A stretch of 64,000 nt of DNA from the NCBI GenBank assembly GCA_977862235.1, contig OZ374560.1, positions 2,728,001 through 2,792,000 on the forward strand, read 5' to 3'. Shown here one piece after another: positions 38,462-51,169 of the stretch. Position numbers and translations under genes: made by a program. Numbering within the stretch: position 1 is the stretch's first letter; each line of letters starts with the position of its first letter. This stretch comes from Dudresnaya verticillata (lineage: Eukaryota). The notes under the pieces were generated by a model. That model was not told the origin of the DNA and made no database searches. It was given only the letters and a program-made list of their open reading frames with translations.

Positions 38462-41400
38462 TTATCCGCGTTGCGCGTCGTCGATATTTGCCGGCAGGCT
38501 CGTGTGCTTCTGACGGTGATACCGCACAACGTGCGATCGCGGTAGACTGGACACGGGTTCCCAGGTATTCGCTGAAGCGGGGTATCCAAACCACTTGACG
38601 CGGTAGAGGATCTCACCGTCTTCCGCGTGTGCGTGCGACTCAACCCGTTCGATAACGTACTCCTTCTCGCTTGCAGCGGTCGACGTGGGTTCCTGCCGTT
38701 CTAACGCCTTGGGCGGCTCACTTCGTTGTGTGATGGGCGTCTGCACCGGTTCGGCAAACCGTACTCGACGAGTCGATCGCCTGAGGCGCTGGGTCGGTGC
38801 CCCGAGCGCTTGCGTAGCGGTTTGTGGTTCGTCGCTTTTGCGTACTGGTTCCTCGCTTCTAGCGGCGTCTTTCGCGTTAGCGCGGTCTTCCTCATCGTCA
38901 GTCGATGCGCTCGAAGCGGGACCTACCTTGGTAGCCGGCGAAGCCGAGGTTGCGTGTCCCATTCGCGTACGGATGCCGGGACCCTCCTCCTCGTCGGAGA
39001 CGGATTGCAAGACACCGTCGTCGGGGTTAGCGGCAAAGGGCGAGAGCTCTGCTAATCCGCGGCTTCGTGGCGTTGCATTCATTCGCTCCTGCGAGTCGTT
39101 CGTGCTGCGCGGTGTCCCTGTGCCTCCTGCCGGGTCCGCCTGTGGCGTGTCTGGGGTTCCTGCTCCTTCGTCGGCTGACGTGGGGGCCGGGGGTCCCGGT
39201 ACGTCAGATGGTCCCGGTGGTTGCACTGTTGCGGGGGCGGTGTGCCCTGGTGGGGTTGGCGCCCATACCACGCGGTCTCGGGATAAGCGTTCGCGTTCGC
39301 TACGTCCCTTGTCGACGGTGACTGTCCCGTCGTCGACGTGTGTTACTCGATACGGTCCATCCGCTACAGGTGCGAGCTTGTGCTTGCGCTCTGAGCGATC
39401 GGTGCTCCCGCCGCGGGCGAAGTATTCCTTCCGCACGAATGCGAAGTCTCCCACAGCGATGTTCTCCTTCGATTTCCTCAGACGAGTATCGAAGTTCCGT
39501 TTGTAACGCGCCTGCGTTTTCGCGAGCGACGCGTTAGCGGTTCCCATCAATGCGGACAGCCAGGTTCGCCATTTGGTGTAGTACTGTCCGGCAGTGGGCA
39601 CGCTTTCCAGCGACGGCTCTGCTTCCAGCGACAATGGCCGCGGGGGCTTAGATAGCACCAGCTCGAATGGAGCGAGGTTGGTGGACGAGTGCAGTTGCGT
39701 ATTGTACGCGAACATCAGAGCATCGGTGAACAAATCCCAGTCCTTGGGGTGGTCTGCTACGTAGTGACGCAGGGAGGCGAGGATGGTTCGATTGAATCGT
39801 TCCACTTGGCCGTTACACTGCGGGTGGTACGTAGTAGTGAAGAGATTCTCCACCCCTAAGATGCGGCAGACATCCTGGAACAACTTGGCTACAAATTGCG
39901 GCCCATTGTCGGACAGCAGGTTCTTGGGTGGGCCATACACAAGCACCCAGTGTCGAACAAACGCCTGAGCGATTTCCAATGCCGTAATCTTACGCAAGGG
40001 AACCGTCCGGACCAGCTTCGAGAAGCGGTCCACGATGACGAGTAGAAACTTATTCCCCCGCTTAGTGCGTATGAGCTCTCCGAGTATATCGATGGACGCA
40101 AACTCGAGAGGCTCGGTTTCTGGGAACAGTTTCATCTCCTTCACGTTCTTTCGCATCAGTACCCGGTTCTTCGCGCAAGTAACGCAGTTGCGGACGGTCG
40201 CGTAACAATCCACCGACATAGACGGCCAATAATACTCACGTCGAAGCGTATGGTATAGCTTCCGTCCTCCAGGATGTCCTGCTAATTTAGCATGATATCG
40301 GAGATGGAGCAATCGAACGGGTAACGCGGATGGTACAACGACTTGGGGTCGGGCCTCGACGGTCCGAACCAATAGTCCTTGTTCGTCCGTTGCAAACGGT
40401 AGGTTGTCCCCGTCATCTAGACGTTTCCGGATCTCGTAACAGTACTGGTCACTGCCCTGAGCATGCACCAACTCTTCATGCGTCAATTGACGGAGGAGCA
40501 CTTCATCCGCCGGCGGCGCGTTGGTAACCAACATCTGGTCAAACTCCTCGAAGTCTCGTTCGGAGAAATCGACTTCGCCTTTGGCGTTTGATGTATCGCT
40601 TTCTGCGTGAGCGTAGCCGTCTTCTGACGAGTGATCCTCGTCTTTGACGCAGCTTCCGTGGTAACACGGGATATCATCGTCGATCGGTTCGACCGTTTCG
40701 CCGTTCGTCTGTAGACGTGAGAGGGCATCTGCCTGAGTATTCAGGTATCCCTTCTTATACTTCACGACGAAGTCGAACTCGGAGAGGCGAAGGCGCCATC
40801 TCATTAGCCGTCCCGAGGGATCGCTGATTTCCAAGAGCCACCTCAACGACGAATGGTCCGTATGGACTACGAAGGACTCCATATGAAGGTACGGTCTCAT
40901 CGTCGTGATCGACGAGACTACTGCTAGGCATTCCTTATCGGATACCGAGTAGTTGCGCTCCCGAGCGGTTAACGAGCGTGACCAGAATCCAAGCGGCTTC
41001 CGTTCGCCGTCAGGCTGCGTTTGGAAGAGTGCGCAGCCAACTTGGTATTCGCTCGCATCACAATCGACGGAGTACGGTAGTCCTTGCTGTGGCAACGCCA
41101 GGATGGGCGGGTGAGTCACCGCTTCGACAAGCGTGCTGAATGCCCGAGCTTGCTCCTCGGTGAACGGTTGTAACCGGAAGTCTTGCTCCTTCCTCAACAA
41201 TTTGTTGAGGGGAGCGGCGACGTGCGCGTATCGCGATACAAACCGTCTATAGACGTTGCACAATCCGAGAAAGCTCCGTAATTCCTTCTGGTCCCGCGGA
41301 TGCTTGGCTTCGCGTAACGCGGCTGTGACCGTACGGTCTACTTCCAATCGTCCCGGACGTATCACATGGCCTAAATAGTTGACGGTCGGGGTGAAGAAGT

Positions 41401-43210
41401 CGCACTTGGTCAACTTCAATGTCACCCCGGCCCGATGCAAGGTCGAAAGGATCTCGTCAACATGACGGAAGTGACTGTCAATATCGTTCGAGAAGATGAT
41501 CACATCGTCAAGGTAGAGGAGGCATGAGCGCCACTTGTATCCCGCAAGCAGTATATCGAGGGTCCGTTGAAACGTGGCCGGTGCGTTAGTGAGTCCGCAG
41601 GGCATACGCTTGTAGCGGAACAATCCGGCATGGCATGTGAATGCGGTCTTGTCGGGATCTCGCGGATTGATGGGCACCTGCCAGTAGCCACTATTGCAGT
41701 ATAGGGTGGTGAAGACGTTCGCTTCCCCTAGGCTGTCAATACATTCGTCGATTCGCGGGAGAGGGTACGTATCTCGTACCGTTACCGCGTTCAAGCGACG
41801 GTAGTCAACGCAGAAGCGGAGTGTACCGCCCTTCTTGGGAGCGAAGACGACCGGCGACGCCCATGGCGATTGTGCGGGTTCGATAACCCCCTGACGCAAC
41901 ATGCGATCCACCTCCGCTTGAGCGAGTTGCCTTTGCTTTGGGCCAGCGCGGTAAGCCGGGGATGAAATCGGCCTGGAGCCGGGGGGCAAGTCAATATAGT
42001 GCTCCGTGGGTGCGATTTATCCTAACGAACCGTCCCACATCGACGAGTACCTGCGCAGCATCTCCTTCAGCCGTCCTTGATGTTCGGCTGAGAGATGACT
42101 CAGGTCCAACTCGTCCACTGACGGAGGTTTCGCTACAGTTGCTTCGATCGACTTAGCGAATGTATCCGGCTGTGCCGTTACTCCATCATTCGTTTGAAAA
42201 CGGAAATCTTGATTCGCCTCTTCCTCCGCTGCCTGTTCCGCGGTGATACCTAGGACATCGGCCAGACTTATGTGACTGGGGAACACTGCTGTGGGATTTG
42301 GCAACGCGGTAGCGACGACTTGTCCTTTGACGAGCGCTTGCGGACGCGGGGAGAAGTTTGCGACGAGAATCCGGAACACTCTCAGCGGCTCTAATTGAGC
42401 GACCCCGTTAGTAACGGCCAAAGCTTGGCGATCATATAACGTTCCAAACAGTTGGATGGTAATGACCCCTGCTCGCTCGGTCGTTACCGAGATCCACTTT
42501 TGTGCCTGTGGCGGGATGATTGTTCGTTCTGCAACGCGTATCTTGGGCGACGTTCGTCCGCCGGCCGTACCCTACTCTTGTTCCGTTGGCAACGGGGGGT
42601 ACGACGGGGGCCGGCGCAGCGGGCGGCGCGTTATAGGGACACGGGTCCCGTCGTCCAACTCAATCTCGCGACTCCGCGGATAAATCGCTTCGACAAAGCG
42701 GTCGCAAAAGTCGCAACCGAGTATAACCGGCGCAGCGAGCCGTTCACAGACGATCAACTCCAACTTGACAACCCTTCGTCCGAGACGTACGACTAAATCG
42801 ATAGTGCCCCGGGTCTGAATCGCCTTGTTGTTAGCGTCTGATATGACGGGGAGACTCTTGGATACGATCCGTGATCGCGCTTCTAGCGAAATATCGTCAA
42901 TACGGATGAAATTCGGACCAGCCCCCGTGTCGAGGACAGTGAGTTTACGTGCCAAGGTACCTACAGTTACGCCTAGATCGGCGTATACTTTGTAGTTTCT
43001 TTTGACCATTACGAACAACTGTCCCCGGGCTTGTGGGGGCTGGTACCTACGCCAGGGGCGCTTCAAGGACGTCTGTGACGCGTCTACCCGCCCATCGGCG
43101 TATTTGTTAACTAGGTTCGGGCCCTCCTTCCGTGTCAGCACCCGAGGCGGAAGCCTCTCTGCTTGGTGCGACACCCCAGTGTCAGGAGTTGGTACCCTCA
43201 TTAGTTTTTC
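38462..43210 (-). pseudogene. pol: pol of element G (PR, RT, RNase H, INT, long linker, chromodomain) with premature stops
   Basis: One frame with stops at 42572 and 42017. VLDTGAG; first RT Asp reads TTLYCNSGY; YLDD; LSDNG...NGQVERFN; EYVIERV...YRVKWFGY...NTWEP. Confidence 0.94.
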
Positions 43211-45752
43211 GCCTGCGGCGGTTGTAGCGGCGCTGTGTAGCGATTGACCACCGTCGGATGACGTTCTGCTGCATGCGGCATAGGTCCGCCTCGTGGTGAT
43301 GGGGGTCGCGCTGCACGGCGTGCTGCTTCGCGCGCCGCGCGTTCTTTGTACCGAGTGTACGCATCGGCGGGGACCCCCGCCTTCTCGGCGTCTGTTAAGC
43401 CTTCGTAGTTGGCGATCGCTTTCATATACTCGCTCATGCGGAGGAAGCAGTCCGGTGCCATGTGACCACGGGCATAACACTGATGACAGATCAACTGTCT
43501 GCGAGCGTCTTGACGGAGCGGACCCCTGTCTTGCCAACCTGGCCTCGCCCGATGGACGTGGGGGGCATACTCCAAGTACGGGACGCGGGCACGACGGAAC
43601 GCCCAAAGGCGAGTGTAGGATCCATTGCCTCTGTGTCCTCGTCTTCGACGTAGCTGTCCGTTGGTAACGCTGACGTTGGCACTGATGCTTGTTCATCGGC
43701 CAAATAGAGATCGCCATCGGCGTGTGTTTCCATATCGTCTGCATGACGGGTGACATCACGGAACTCAACGGAGGTCTCCGCTATCATAGCGCGCGCGGCA
43801 GGCTTCGTGCCCCTCGTCTGTTGACGTAGAACCGTTCGGTTGTCGCCAATGGCGGGGCGCAATGCGCGAGCGGCTTGGGCCGGGGCCAATATATCCCGTC
43901 TTACTGACGTCGAGCCGGCCCTGCCGTGTCTTGCGCGTTGCGCGTCACCTTCGTCCTGTGCGAAGTGGACTAAACGTTCAAAATATAACTCCGCCCTCGG
44001 CGTTTCTTCGCGGAAGCGGGCCACTAAGGACCTGATCGTCGGGTCTAACCCATGGATGTACAGTGTCATCTTTTCCCATCCGGGATAAACGTTACCGCAA
44101 CGAATACATGCGCCGGCGAGTCTCATGCCGTAAGTCGTTTCGTCTTCGCCCTGCTTCTGGCTAGTCGACCGCAGGGCGAGGACAGCGTCTCGAATCGCCG
44201 AAGGAGTGGCGTATGTGCGGAGTAGGTAGTGCACCGCCTCCGGGTAAGATGATACGCCGCCGCGATGGCGAGAGGATGTCGATTTGACGGAGCGGAATTG
44301 CGTGGCTGCCGTGCCCTTTAAGAAGTACGGCAGCGCGACGAACGCTTGTGCTTCACTCATCTCTAGCGTGTCCGCTTCATCCGCGAACCGCGTTAAGAAT
44401 TCGAGGACCATGACGGGGTCGCTGCCGTTGAAGGCGGCGTCCTTCATCGTTAACTCGAGTCGCTTGATATGGTCTTTGACCTTCCAGGTTTCGCGTCCAG
44501 AGCGCTTCTGTCCCACGTCTTGGAGACGGTATGTGCGGTACGATAGAAACTGGTCGAAGAGAGGATTGGAGGGGCTTAGCTCCTTCAGTCCCTTGTATCG
44601 CTTTCCGCGGGGTCGCATTGCACTGCCGTGAGCCACGTTGCCGTCATCGTCTGACGACGAAGAGTCTGTTGACCCGCCGTCACTAGACGTGTCTGAAGAG
44701 GATGAGGATGAGTCCCCTCGTCGGCGACGGTTCTTCTTCCGTCCATGACGCGACTTGCGGCGATTCTTGCCCCGTCTTCTGCGATCTTTGCGTCTTCGAC
44801 GGTCTTCCTCGGAACTATCGTCATCCGACGGCGGCCCTTGGCGCCATTTGGCGGTTTCCAGTCGCTCTAAGCGGGTTGCCAATCGTTGAAAACGTTCGCG
44901 TGAATTCAGTTCCGACTGGGAATGGACCGTCAATGCCGTTGGCTGCTGAGCATCTACCCCTTGGTTGGGGTTCGTCATCAGACGGTCGAGGTCGGAACGG
45001 AGTCCTTGAAGGGCACCGTCCCGATCTTCTTCCAACGTCTGTAGACGGCTGAAGATACCTCCGACATTGTCGTCGAGCATCTCCGCGAATCGAGCGAGTA
45101 AGTTACCGTCTTCGGCGACGCATACTTCCCGAATCCGCTCGCGAGGTATCGTGAGATTCCCAACGCGGGCGGATGCTGGGGACGCCACTGGCGGTGTGCG
45201 CGCGGAGGTCGACGCCTGCGGCGGACCTCCCGTGCTGCGCGGTTGCGCTAACGGCCTGGCCGGTGAACATCCGGCACTGCCGTGGGGTGGGGGGCAGCAG
45301 CCCCTTGGGATTGGTGATTCGTCTACGACGTCGCGCCCCGCAGGGCGTTCTTGGTCGTCGTCGACGGGTAAGGTTGGTTGGTGGACCGGAACTTCCGGTT
45401 GTTCCTCGACGATGTCGGCTTGGGCTCCGTCCTCGACGGGTCGCTGTTCGGCTTGTACCGTGTCAGCGGAATCCACGTGCGAGTGGTAGGTTCGGAGGGC
45501 CGATTCGTTGGGAACGGTGGTGCGGATGACGACGGGTATCGGCGGGGGAGGTATTTCTCCCCTGTTGAGCGATATATGGGAGTGGTCGTGGCCTGGACCG
45601 GTCGGGAAGGCCGATGCGATCTCGGGGCTCACGAGGCGCCCAGACCTCGTTGTCATCCGCTGTAGCGACCGCTCCGACGCGGGGACACTCCCCGGCGTCG
45701 ATGACGGTCTTCTTGAACTGGGGCCTCGCGACGGCGGCGGTCGTGAGGCCAT
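43201..45752 (-). pseudogene. gag: gag of element G with one frameshift near 43550
   Basis: 753-aa ORF 43491-45752. The knuckle CHQCYARGHMAPDC is in the overlapping frame 43201-43575, which ends AKN*. Confidence 0.88.
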
Positions 45753-45777
45753 AATGCAGTCGTAGAGTTGCTTGAAC

Positions 45778-46141
45778 GTCGTGGACGATTAGCGACGGAT
45801 GTCTAGAGACGGAAGGTCGGACGTCGCACGACGGAGTAACTCGTTGAAACGTAGCACACTTCTAGGTCGTCGTGGACGATTAGCGACGGATGTCTAGAGA
45901 CGGAAGGTCGGACGTCGCACGACGGAGTAACTCGTTGAAACGTAGCACACTTCTAGGTCGTCGTGGACGATTAGCGACGGATGTCTAGAGACGGAAGGTC
46001 GGACGTCGCACGACGGAGTAACTCGTTGAAACGTAGCACACTTCTAGGTCGTCGTGGACGATTAGCGACGGATGTCTAGAGACGGAAGGTCGGACGTCGC
46101 ACGACGGAGTAACTCGTTGAAACGTAGCACACTTCTAGGTC
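45778..46141. repeat. Four identical 91-bp tandem repeats abutting the PBS of G
   Basis: GTCGTGGACGATTAGCG...CACACTTCTAGGTC starts at 45778, 45869, 45960 and 46051. Confidence 0.97.
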
Positions 46142-49100
46142 GGGAGACCAGTTGTAGTGCAAACGTCGATGACGGACACCGCCGAGCAGTTCGGGGCTCC
46201 GTGGGTAGCGACGCCTGCGGCGATGAGTGGCCTCGCCGTGGGCGTCTGTTGGTAGAGCGGTTGACTCGCCTGGGGCGGACTGTAAACGCCCGAGGCGGAA
46301 AAGAAGAACAAAAGAAAACAGAAAGGGAACACGTCGAGGACGGGTAGAGACGTGAAAGCACGGAGGTAGACGCTTAGCCGTAGGCAGCGGTAGGGTACAC
46401 GCGTGCTGAACGGGGAAGTCTGGACCAAGGCCGGCTTGCCGGGGTTTACTGTGACGTCTGAGACGGATCCACTAAGTACAGGATTTCCTAGCGGCGGCGA
46501 CGCGGATGTACGCGTAACGCGGGAACTCGGGACACGTGTTGTCCCGAGGCGCGTCTGACAGATCCGTCCGTCATGCAGCCGCGCTCCTGACAGATCACGC
46601 GTAGCTTCCCCGCTCGAGTCCTTACACTTACACGTGGATTACTTCCTTGCAGCCGCATGCGCCCCATGGCGCGAGCGATCTCGATCCGCACCAATCCCGA
46701 TCCAGTCCGGATTCGGGCCAGCGATGCGGATGCGCCAGGCTTACAGGCGCGTGCCTTACACTCCTTAATCCCGATGTGGGATCCCGATGTGGGATCCCGA
46801 TTGGATCCGGATTCGGGCCACGCTTACAGCGAACGTTCCCGCCACTGCGCCATGCGCGTACGCGTGGCGCCGTACAGTGGCCGGGCTCAGGCGTGCGGTC
46901 TGCACGCCCAGCAAGCCGTTCTGGCCCAAGTGGGCAGCGGCATGCGTCGGTGACGTGTTTGCGCCGCGGGCGGGTTGAGCGCGCCGTTGGCGGTCGTCCG
47001 TCGGTAGACGCTGCATATCAACGTTTGAAAGCGAAAACGGGCCCCCCTGGCACTACAAATCCTTTCCAGCTTGAACACGGTGCTCGTACGTAAGCCTTGG
47101 TAGACTTCAGGGCTACCAGCGATTTCTCCAAGAGGACTCTCCAACTTGTGCGCTGGCACGGCCTGTACAAAAGGACGGTGTTTTACCAGGATGCACCGAT
47201 AACCTGTCGAAGCAGTCTTGAGGGGGGCGTCAGTCACGCCCTCAACGGCCACTTCTAAATGGCCACTAGGGCCGGTTGTAATTCCAAGAATAAACGTGCT
47301 CGCCACTGATTTGACGCTACTCAGCAGCTTGAGATGGAGCGTAGAAACCGTCAACAATCCTGACTAGGGTTTCAACACCGGTTGGCCGGGAAACTCGTCC
47401 TTGACACGAAACAACGTCTTGCGTCCTGTACTCGTGAGTTAACCAACCAGGGTTGAGGAAGAAAGGGGAAACCAACCCAGAACACTTCTAGGTCGGGAGA
47501 CCAATGTAGCACAACGGGTCCAGCCCAGGAAGAGCAAAAAGAACAAAGAACACCTGTCCGGAACCGTAGTGCTCACAGGCAGCTCGGGTGTGGTAGAGGC
47601 TTGGTAGAATGGCGCTAGGCCAGGAAAAAGGAAAAGGAAAAAGGGGGACACGACCCGGTATTCCGCAGGGAACCTGCTGTACGGTGACTAGCCTGCAGTC
47701 GGCGTCCAAAAAGGGAACGGGAAGCGCCCGGAATCCAGAAAATGGTCAAGACCGAGAAACTCCCCGTGGGGTTCAATCAGGGGTGCCCTGCTATTCAGGG
47801 GACCAATAAATAGGGCTTGTGCCCGTGCTAATACTAACTACTATAGTGTACTCTACACAAATTACATTGAGCAGTGGGAGGCGGATCTACGCCCCTGTGG
47901 CGGCGTATAATCGGGAAATAGCCCAACGCCGCACCAATGATCAGGCGCCAATTGCGCGTCTGAGGCGCAGATGATTTCGCGCCAGGCGCCAATCACATGT
48001 CGCATCATGGCGCAGTCCAGCAATGCCAGCGCCTTACAGGGCATTGGCCCGTTACAACTTACAGCGTCGAGCGCCCACTTGGCGCAAATCGCCGTTATGC
48101 CACAAGAACGGGGGCTACCCTAGAAAGAAAGAGAAAACAAAGGGAAAATAAGAGAAAAACAGGATTCTGTACGGTGAAGATGGGTAGCGTACGTACTGGA
48201 GTCCAGCCTAGCGACGGCGTCGATAGGGTAGGAGGTTATGTCTCGCTGGGCCCACGCTAAGCCGTTTATAGTATGAGGGCGCACCTCAGGGCCCTAATAA
48301 ACTATATACGAGGCGGATGTGCCTTGGTGGCGGATTAAGGTAGTGGAAGGGGGCGTGCCACTTGGTATTGCGTGGTACGCACAAGTCTATAATTATCTAC
48401 TAAAATATCTTCTGTCAGTCTCTTGGTAGTGCGGCTTGACAGTGTGCGCCAAGGGGACACACGTGTGCACGTATGTGCGTTGTCGTTGTGAGGGGGCCAT
48501 CCTTGCTGGCAGCGAGAAACTGTCAGCTGGGATGGCTTGCAAGGGGATTTCCCCAATATCATTGCTGGCGTACGCGCGTTGTGCCAGAGCCCATTACACA
48601 AATTGGCTTTGAGCTCAAACGTACGCGCAGCGGTTGATCCGCATGTATCGGCCGTTTCGGCCCGTCGTCCGCAGTCGAGCCGCGGGCGACGCCCATTATG
48701 AAGAACTCTTCAGTAGTGCGCGAAGGCCATTTGCACCACACAAATCATTGCTACTTTATCACTAACAAGTTGTCAGGTCTGCTTTCTCGCCAACAGGAGC
48801 ATCGTCGTCGATGATGCAACATAACTTATAATTTACAAGTCATCGATCATTCAGCATTTAGGGTTAACTAAACGAGGCTAAATTTAGCCAAGAAGCGAAA
48901 GGTACCCTGGAAACTAGATCCTTTTATCAACTGCAACTTTATTATTGGATCCGTTGCCGAGGTTGACCGGCTCAGGAGCATTGCGGAGCACGTGCTAACC
49001 GACAATCGCAAGGCGATTACCACCAAGTTTTTGAAGCTATAATATTCCTCAAAATGAATGAACAGGTTTGACATCGCATTACACAAACGTTAACATGGAT

Positions 49101-49899
49101 CCCCATGCTTCCTTCGCACAATTTAAGTCTATTGCAAACTTATTGCACGACGTAGGCATATTCTGCAGATGTTACTGGGGCATGATGGTGGCTATATAGC
49201 AATACAGATTGCCGAAGGGGAGCGTATTGGTGCAACAAAAATTTGCAATGTTATTGCTTGCAAGCATTGCCCTAGAGCCCGGTTCTTATGCTGTTTTGTA
49301 ACTTGGTGAATTGATAGCTACGTAGGCCATTGGAGTAATACATCACGAATGGCAGCATTAGCTACAAATGCTACAGTACGGTACTAATGCTATGAATTAT
49401 TGTAATCGTGCTCTTTGTTAGAAAGTAAGATGAATCGTGAATTGATGTTGGCTAAGCAACACAGCTATAGATGTTGGACAAGGTGGTCGAGCTGGAAATG
49501 AATTTAATCATGACATGGCGGACGACAGATGGGATATACGACGTTTTACCGTCGAGCTAGTGTAAGTTTACAATGTATATTGATATACATTGTCACTGCA
49601 ATAAGAAATGCAATTTGCTATCATATCAGCAACTCGATATGCCATTGCTATTGTATATTGCAATATATTGCTACTGCTATTAATTGCACGACAGCCCTGG
49701 TCGCCAGCCCTGACGCGACGCTTCTGCAACTTTCTGCGCTTCTTTTCCTCTTCTTCCCCTCTTTTTGCCCTTCTTTTCTGTCTCTTCTGTCCTTTTTCTG
49801 CAGCCCATCCGACTCAGCCATGGCAGGGATCAAACAGATAGATAGTTTTCTATCACCTTGTCATGTGCTCATCATGATAGCCCCAGCAAACTATTACAC

Positions 49900-50990
49900 C
49901 GGCACTGTAATCACTCAACTCCGTTCATATTCGAAGCAACTGTGAACAATGTCGTGGCAGAGCTGTGCGACTCTCATGCATGCGATTTTAGACAAGTCTC
50001 CGAAGGGAGGTCCGTCGAATATCATCGATATATCTGCCCTTTTCGGTCTAACAACATCTCGAACACAAATGGGAATTGGCTTCGGTGCTGAAATGGACCG
50101 CGACCAGAGAATAGCTTTATCACCGTGTCTAGACTCCTTCGTGAAGGAAACCATGGGCGAATATATTATGTACCCATTGCGCCGATACTCCTGAAAGTTT
50201 GAAGAGAGGAAACACGTGCTTGAGAACGAACAAAGCGTTCAAAATATTTGTCAACACTTGTTCAGAGACTTTATCCGGACAAGACTGGCGGAGACGAAAC
50301 AAGAAACAGAGCCTCACTCCTCAGATCTCTTGTACTCGATCTTAGTCATCAGCAAGGGAGACATGACGTTGGACACCTCCCTGGTCGTCGAATTTGCTCT
50401 CTCCAGATACGTTTCAACCGACCAGGCCTTATCCTAGGCTGTTTACGAGACGTGCAGAAACTCTAATGTTGAATACTTGACAGGGACTGAAGTTTCTACC
50501 CGCTTTAGGGACCGGCTGTTTAACCGTCCTTTATCTAGACAGAAAGTTTGAGAGCCTCCGTATCTGAACGCGGTATGTAACTGCAACAATCAAGCAGCCC
50601 GCAAGACCGGTAATATTACGCAGTGGCGGAACCAAGATCCCAGAGGGGGCATTGGTGATGAGTCTTCAAAGCTGGGCACACCTGGACCCCAAAATATGGC
50701 GCGGTCCGTTGGGGTTTGATCCGGAAGGGTGGGTCTGCAGAACTTCTCGTAGAGAGGGTGGCAAAGTCCGGCCTGGAACTTATGTTCCGTTTGGTAGTAG
50801 GTCTCGTGCTTGCGCCGGTAGGTTTCGTGCCGAGTATGACTACGCTCTCATCCTTGCCGAATTGCACCGTAGTTTTAATTTCATGCTAGCTTCCGAGAAG
50901 AGCGAAGGAGTGGGAGAGACGGCTTTTGTCGAGGTTGCCAAATCACCCTCTGTGAAGGGAGGGGTAACTAAGCAGCTGTGTTCATGTTAG
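49900..50990 (+). pseudogene. Cytochrome P450 pseudogene
   Basis: ORF 50652-50990 has HLDPKIW, FDPEGW (PERF-like) and YVPFGSRSRACAG (heme-binding FxxGxRxCxG-like). Upstream fragments 49949-50194 and 50216-50437 are broken by stops. Start is approximate. Confidence 0.8.
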
Positions 50991-51169
50991 AATAGAGGGG
51001 CGATAGCATATTAGATTGTTTTGTGGTGATGTTGTGTCTATTTGTTGTTTAAGGTGATCCAGCGCGGGCAACTTGGGCCCCTATGCCGGGGGTAAACGTC
51101 ACTTTACGAAAGCATGAAGTTGCCGGCGCACCGCTAACGAGGTCCTTACTGGGGTCCTGGCGACAGTAC

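Larger units (their letters stand above)
33578..47057 (-). mobile_element. Element G: full-length Ty3/Gypsy LTR retrotransposon with chromodomain (13.5 kb), nested in the leader of F
   Basis: LTRs 33578-34486 and 46153-47057 (TGTAG...CTACA); TSD AATCC at 33573-33577 and 47058-47062; PBS 46133-46150; PPT CGACCCCCTCC after 34486. Confidence 0.96.
22036..48104 (-). mobile_element. Element F: full-length but decayed Ty3/Gypsy LTR retrotransposon with chromodomain (about 12.6 kb without nested G)
   Basis: LTRs 22036-22622 and 47505-48104; TSD AGAAC at 22031-22035 and 48105-48109; PBS 47486-47503; PPT after 22622; gag-PR-RT-RH-INT-chromo order. Confidence 0.95.
21898..48740 (-). repeat. 5' LTR of element E, split by insertion of F (parts 21898-22035 and 48110-48740)
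   Basis: Starts TGTAGT next to a PBS and ends TTGCACCACA at 48740, where AT-richer DNA begins. AGAAC is duplicated at the split. Confidence 0.75.

Noticed and set aside
37888..39506. ORFs 37888-38643 (-) and 38685-39506 (+) as extra genes of G
   Set aside because: GC-rich shadow frames overlapping pol and the spacer, with no motifs and no counterpart in F or B.
45778..46141. CRISPR-like array
   Set aside because: Units are identical end to end with no variable spacers, there are no cas genes, and the context is a eukaryotic retroelement.
49130..49700. AT-rich stretch with many ATTGC/GCAAT words as a MITE; ORF 49529-49945 as a gene
   Set aside because: No terminal inverted repeats or TSD found; the translation is low-complexity.
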